Assembly: GCA_049570475.1 (NCBI GenBank)
Contig: CP186953.1
Location: 736,001 to 800,000, forward strand
Reading direction: 5' to 3'
DNA: 64,000 bases
From: Candidatus Methanosuratincola verstraetei
GTDB lineage: Archaea; Thermoproteota; Methanomethylicia; Methanomethylicales; Methanomethylicaceae
The translations under genes and the position numbers were made by a program. The notes under the pieces are model-generated. The model was not told the DNA's origin. It worked only from the letters and a program-made list of their open reading frames with translations, and did no database searches. Shown piece after piece: positions 60,103-64,000 of the stretch (position 1 is its first letter; each line of letters opens with the position of its first letter).

Positions 60103-60300
60103 ATGACCCCACCACAGTAGCAGCTAGAGTTAACTCCTTCACAAGTATATGAGCGTATTGTGGTTTTCATAGCGTTGTAAAATAAGAAAATTTTAATGAT
60201 GATTATGTAAAAAAAAGGAAAAATTCGAACGTTTATACTCAATGGAGTAAATCACAAGTGAATTAGAGCAAAATACTTTCATATTTAGTTCATTCACTAA

Positions 60301-60979
60301 CTTCGAGTGGAAGTGAAGGGGTGAACTGTAACGCGGCCTAGCACGATGACAAAGCATTAATATCACATTGTGACTATGACATGAAAATGATGCTAAAACC
60401 GCGCTCTGTAATGGCGTCGCTCTTTAATGAACTATTACAAAGTCACTTTTTGGGATCAGAGAGGAAAGCATCTAGATTATTTTTTACCAAGACTTCAAGA
60501 TTTGATGATCTAAATACACCATCAAAAATCTAAAAATACCATCAACAGAGCCTCTGATGATAGATAACTTTAAATATAGGAAATCAGGATGTCAATGTGA
60601 GTTTAAAATAGACCGTTTAAAAGTGAATTATTTTATCGAGTTTTGATGATAAGTTGTAACACTATAGTTACATAAAACAAACATTTTCATATGGCTTTGC
60701 AGACCTCCAGCAGGCAAGAATCTGGATTTTTTATGTATCTACTATGTTACATAAAACGAGTTAGCTAGCCTTGAAAAAAGACTGCTAAATAGTTTGAGGC
60801 CCTTGTTTGACCCAATAGTTGGATGCTGTTTGAACAAGCTTTACAAAATCCACAGTGTATTTCTACTGGAAGCCTGTTTTAAATGAACATTTAAAAAAAG
60901 GAGGATTAACTTTAAATAGATTAGGTAATCGCCAAGAGCGAACCATCAAACCCTGGCACCCCTATTCTTCGCCTGGAAG
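60301..60979. other. Candidate replication origin: inverted ORB-like boxes around AT-rich DNA
   Basis: CTTCGAGTGGAAGTGAAGGGGTG (+, 60301-60323), CTTCCAGGCGAAGAATAGGGGTG (-, 60957-60979), mini-ORB CTTCCAGTAGAAA (-, 60860-60872). Confidence 0.65.
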
Positions 60980-61198
60980 TGTATACTATTAGTATTATTT
61001 ACTACCTTTAGTAAAAAATAGTGTAAATGTTCATAACGTCCTATCTATATAAAAGACTTTCAGTCTAATTTTTTTGTAAGACTGCTCTTAAATTTACATA
61101 TCTACCTCTTTCTGAAGTCGATGCAAGGATAATATAGTGCAATCGAAAGAGAGGGGTCACCCTCTTATAATCCAAGATTGCATAATTATCCGATCAAA

Positions 61199-61504
61199 AT
61201 GTCCCGAACCAACTCCTCTTTTGAGATAATACAACTGATTTCACAATACATCCCGAACGAGTATCGAATACTATTCCTGAAAAACCTCCTAGAAGTCTAC
61301 GGCTCCATATACAAGACCTCAAAGATAACAAACATTTCAAGGACACAACTTTACAGATATTTGGCTACGGAAAAGAAATGTTATCCGAATGACGAAGTTA
61401 CAGCCAGGATAATTCAAGCGCTCTTGGAGATAAAGCGTGCTTGGACTAAAGACCAGCTGAAACAACTCGCAAAGGAATTCAATGATATTGTAAACAAGAT
61501 TTAA
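61199..61504 (+). CDS. HTH-like hypothetical protein
   Basis: SIYKTSKITNISRTQLYRYL followed by P.DE. Confidence 0.6.
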   Translation: MSRTNSSFEIIQLISQYIPNEYRILFLKNLLEVYGSIYKTSKITNISRTQLYRYLATEKKCYPNDEVTARIIQALLEIKRAWTKDQLKQLAKEFNDIVNKI

Positions 61505-61834
61505 ACAATATTATCTTACAATCATTAAGTTCTACAAAAGCCCGTGCAGAATCCTGGCTTCATCGGGAACAATTCCAAATAGGTACAGGATCAGAAGAAC
61601 CTACCCATCAAAACGCAAATCTCATTAAGGCCCTGCTTGAGTTCTTCTTGCTCCTTGAGGCTTTGACAGGACGTGCGATATCTCCTGATATTACGCTGCT
61701 CGTGCCTTGGATCCTTTATAGACTTGCATCGCAGTCCACCATATTTCTTTGAAAAGTAGACAAATCTTTTCTGTTTGCTTTTTCTAGAAAAAAGCTTTGA
61801 TTGAATTATCTATGACTAAAAGCCGTGCAACTCG

Positions 61835-62008
61835 TCACTTCAACATTCTGCCGCACCTGGGACACACGGGGTGATCCGACAATAGCCCTTTTCTCTTAGG
61901 AACGCACTTCTTGCAGTAAAGCCTGCCACAGCCCTCGCATCTCCACGCTCTCTCTTCTAAAAAACCGCCGATATTCTTGTGGCAGATACAGCAGACCCCT
62001 TTTACCAT
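61835..62008 (-). CDS. Small Cys-rich zinc-finger protein
   Basis: Four CxxC pairs in 57 aa. Confidence 0.65.
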   Translation of the reverse strand: MVKGVCCICHKNIGGFLEERAWRCEGCGRLYCKKCVPKRKGLLSDHPVCPRCGRMLK

Positions 62009-62102
62009 TTTGATCGAGAAGACTTCCCAAATTGAACATAAAAATCTTTCACAATTGCCCCCTCTGCTTTTAAAAAGCGAATACCTTATTGGGGGATGTT
62101 GT

Positions 62103-62675
62103 ATGGGGGTGACCATTCACTACAGAGGCGTTGTTTTATGCAACGAGGATTACATCTCGGAAATATTGACCCAGGTCAAAGAAATGCTCAGGGAAAACAA
62201 CGTCACTGACATAAAACCTTTGGATGGGTTTGAGTCGGATGAGGACTTTGAGAGGGCTAAGGCTTTGGTCAATCTGAAACCAGTGCCGTCCTGGGTCCAA
62301 AAAGGATCTTTCGTCTACACTTTCAGGCCAAATACTAAGCAGCCTCGCACACCGACAAAGAAGAAGGGCATCCTGGCTGACTTGCACCCTGCATGCGAGT
62401 CTTTCGAAATAACCTTTTATGAGTTAGGCGGAGAAAGCGTCTGGCAACTGCCTTACACTTTTGTAAAGACCCAATTTGCGCCACTTTCCGTACATGTGCT
62501 CATATGCGAAATTCTGAAGTTCGTGGATTCGATGATTACCTACAAGGGTGGCGACTTTTTAGTCAACGATGAAGGGGATTACTACTATACTCGGGACCTT
62601 GAAAAACTGAAGGAGTGTTTTGGAAAGGTGGACTTGTTGATAGGTCGCATAATCTGCGCCCTGGCGATGGTATAA
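62103..62675 (+). CDS. Hypothetical protein
   Basis: MGVTIHYRG start after GGGGGATG; CESF, KTQFA..H, DEG.Y. Confidence 0.65.
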   Translation: MGVTIHYRGVVLCNEDYISEILTQVKEMLRENNVTDIKPLDGFESDEDFERAKALVNLKPVPSWVQKGSFVYTFRPNTKQPRTPTKKKGILADLHPACESFEITFYELGGESVWQLPYTFVKTQFAPLSVHVLICEILKFVDSMITYKGGDFLVNDEGDYYYTRDLEKLKECFGKVDLLIGRIICALAMV

Positions 62676-62683
62676 TGTCCTAA

Positions 62684-62959
62684 TCATCTAAAATCATTTT
62701 TATGGTCCATCAATATCTTTTTTAGGCTGGCCCTGTCCTTGAGCTTTTCCCAGCCAAATATGTCTTCCCCGATCCGGATTATCGGCACCGAGTCAATATT
62801 GAGCATTAATAGTTCAGCCAACACCTCGCTGTTTTCGATGCTTTTTTCCAAAACGACCTTATCATAATCCTCCCCAATTTCGCCAAGAACCGCTCTCAAG
62901 TGTTTCTTCAGCATCTTACAGTTTGCACAAGTCTCGCTGGTGAAGAATTCGATTTTCAT
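62684..62959 (-). CDS. Glutaredoxin/thioredoxin-like protein
   Basis: CANC and SVP motifs. Confidence 0.85.
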   Translation of the reverse strand: MKIEFFTSETCANCKMLKKHLRAVLGEIGEDYDKVVLEKSIENSEVLAELLMLNIDSVPIIRIGEDIFGWEKLKDRASLKKILMDHKNDFR

Positions 62960-63079
62960 AAGATAATCATCTATTTTTTCCTATAAAATAACTGCCGCTA
63001 GCGTTTTTACCCGACGGCACTTTGATCTGATGTCAAAGCTTATTAACACAGCAATCAGATAAAAATTAGTGAACTTCCT

Positions 63080-63277
63080 ATGATCAAGCCTTCCCCTCCA
63101 AGCCCGGCCAATGTTCTTGCCAAGATCATCTCGCTTGGATTGGATCTAGAAAAGATGGAATCTGGTGCCGTAGAAGAATTGGTGAATGGTTTGTCAAATC
63201 TTTTGCAGATCAGTGAAAACGAGATTTCGGTCCTTCTAAGCCTATTCAGGTCCGCATTCCGCGATAATACATGTTGA
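63080..63277 (+). CDS. Hypothetical protein
   Basis: ORF only. Confidence 0.4.
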   Translation: MIKPSPPSPANVLAKIISLGLDLEKMESGAVEELVNGLSNLLQISENEISVLLSLFRSAFRDNTC

Positions 63278-63575
63278 CCTTTTCCTCAAAGGCGTTGTCG
63301 AGGAACCACTTTGGGTATTTATGGTACGGGTGGAGCACCTTAAACCCCATTCTCTTATAGGCTGCGATAAGCTCTCCGAAGGACGGGGCTGTAGCGCTCA
63401 AATGGTTGATCCTAATTGGGATGCCCTTGAACTCATCGCCGGGGTAAGTGTCGAATACCCATAGATCAGCCGAGAAAATCGAATTACGCTCAAATATTTT
63501 CAGGAAGAATCGCTCTCCACCTTTCACCATTGGGATCATCTTTCCTTCTTTCTGCACATGTTCTAGAGCTCGCAT
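63246..63575 (-). CDS. Hypothetical protein
   Basis: ORF only. Confidence 0.5.
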   Translation of the reverse strand: MRALEHVQKEGKMIPMVKGGERFFLKIFERNSIFSADLWVFDTYPGDEFKGIPIRINHLSATAPSFGELIAAYKRMGFKVLHPYHKYPKWFLDNAFEEKVNMYYRGMRT

Positions 63576-63731
63576 TTTGACCAGTAATTATAGTTCTTTG
63601 TTTTGCACTAAAGCTTTGACTCTTTCTTTACAAAACCAACAACCAGAATCTCGGTTAGTTTGGTCTTTATGAAAAGTTTATAAGTTTAGCCCCTTGTTTT
63701 CTTTTCTGAAAACGGTAATTTTATGCCGAAT

Positions 63732-63827
63732 AGCGGGGTGGGGTAGCCAGGTTATCCCGCGGGGCTCATAAGCCCCGTCGGTTGAGAAACCCCGAGATCG
63801 GTGGTTCAAATCCACCCCCCGCTACCA
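63732..63827 (+). tRNA. Initiator tRNA-Met(CAT) with an 18-nt intron (63771-63788)
   Basis: A1:U72 pair, GGG/CCC anticodon stem, BHB helix CTCA/TGAG, encoded CCA. Confidence 0.92.
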
Positions 63828-63878
63828 AATTAAGAAATTTCTATAAGCCTGGGCGCTTCATTTATTCCCGTGCGGAGC

Positions 63879-64000
63879 ATGATCGTCCTTCTCTCGAATA
63901 AGGGCAAGTATGAGATCCCTGCAACCTTGGAAAGCGGAATCATCCGGGCTGGGGAAGCTCTTTTTCGAATGTTGGAAGAGGGAGATGATGAGAAATTCAA
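63879..64000 (+). CDS. Hypothetical protein, partial at the window edge
   Basis: MIVLLSNKGKYEIPA..., open to the end of the window. Confidence 0.4.
   Translation, partial: MIVLLSNKGKYEIPATLESGIIRAGEALFRMLEEGDDEKF

Noticed and set aside
60103-61198. CRISPR array in the long intergenic region
   Set aside because: The repeats are short, few and irregularly spaced, and there are no cas genes in the window.
61505-61830. Possible ncRNA; AAAAGCCCGTGCA / AAAAGCCGTGCA occurs twice
   Set aside because: No recognisable RNase P, SRP or box C/D features; too weak to call.

Overview
Archaeal chromosome segment. PolD, Elf1, TFE, PAN, GGGP synthase, intron-containing tRNAs and methanogenesis markers together suggest a TACK-lineage methanogen such as Methanomethylicia/Verstraetearchaeota (inference). 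(1) 1-11.2 kb: a putative coenzyme B / 2-oxoacid-elongation cluster (aksA-like, mtxX/Mmp4, homoaconitase-like hacAB, a non-canonical ThDP enzyme, Mmp11) interrupted by a nitrogen-assimilation module (RHH regulator, amtB, glnK, split or permuted glutamate synthase). (2) 11-24 kb: sugar-nucleotide genes including a GT75/RGP-like protein, a 536-bp IS5 deletion derivative, a pseudogene, and tRNA-Leu with two introns. (3) 24.0-31.9 kb: a 7.7-kb element integrated in tRNA-Val with an SSV-type split integrase, a fused restriction-modification enzyme and a NucS-like nuclease. (4) 32-58 kb: housekeeping genes, including an ArsR-HTH/ATP-cone/class III RNR-like fusion that lacks the catalytic cysteines. 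(5) 59-61 kb: a candidate replication origin with inverted ORB-like boxes, flanked by HTH genes rather than cdc6. All calls come from reading motifs by eye; no searches were run.
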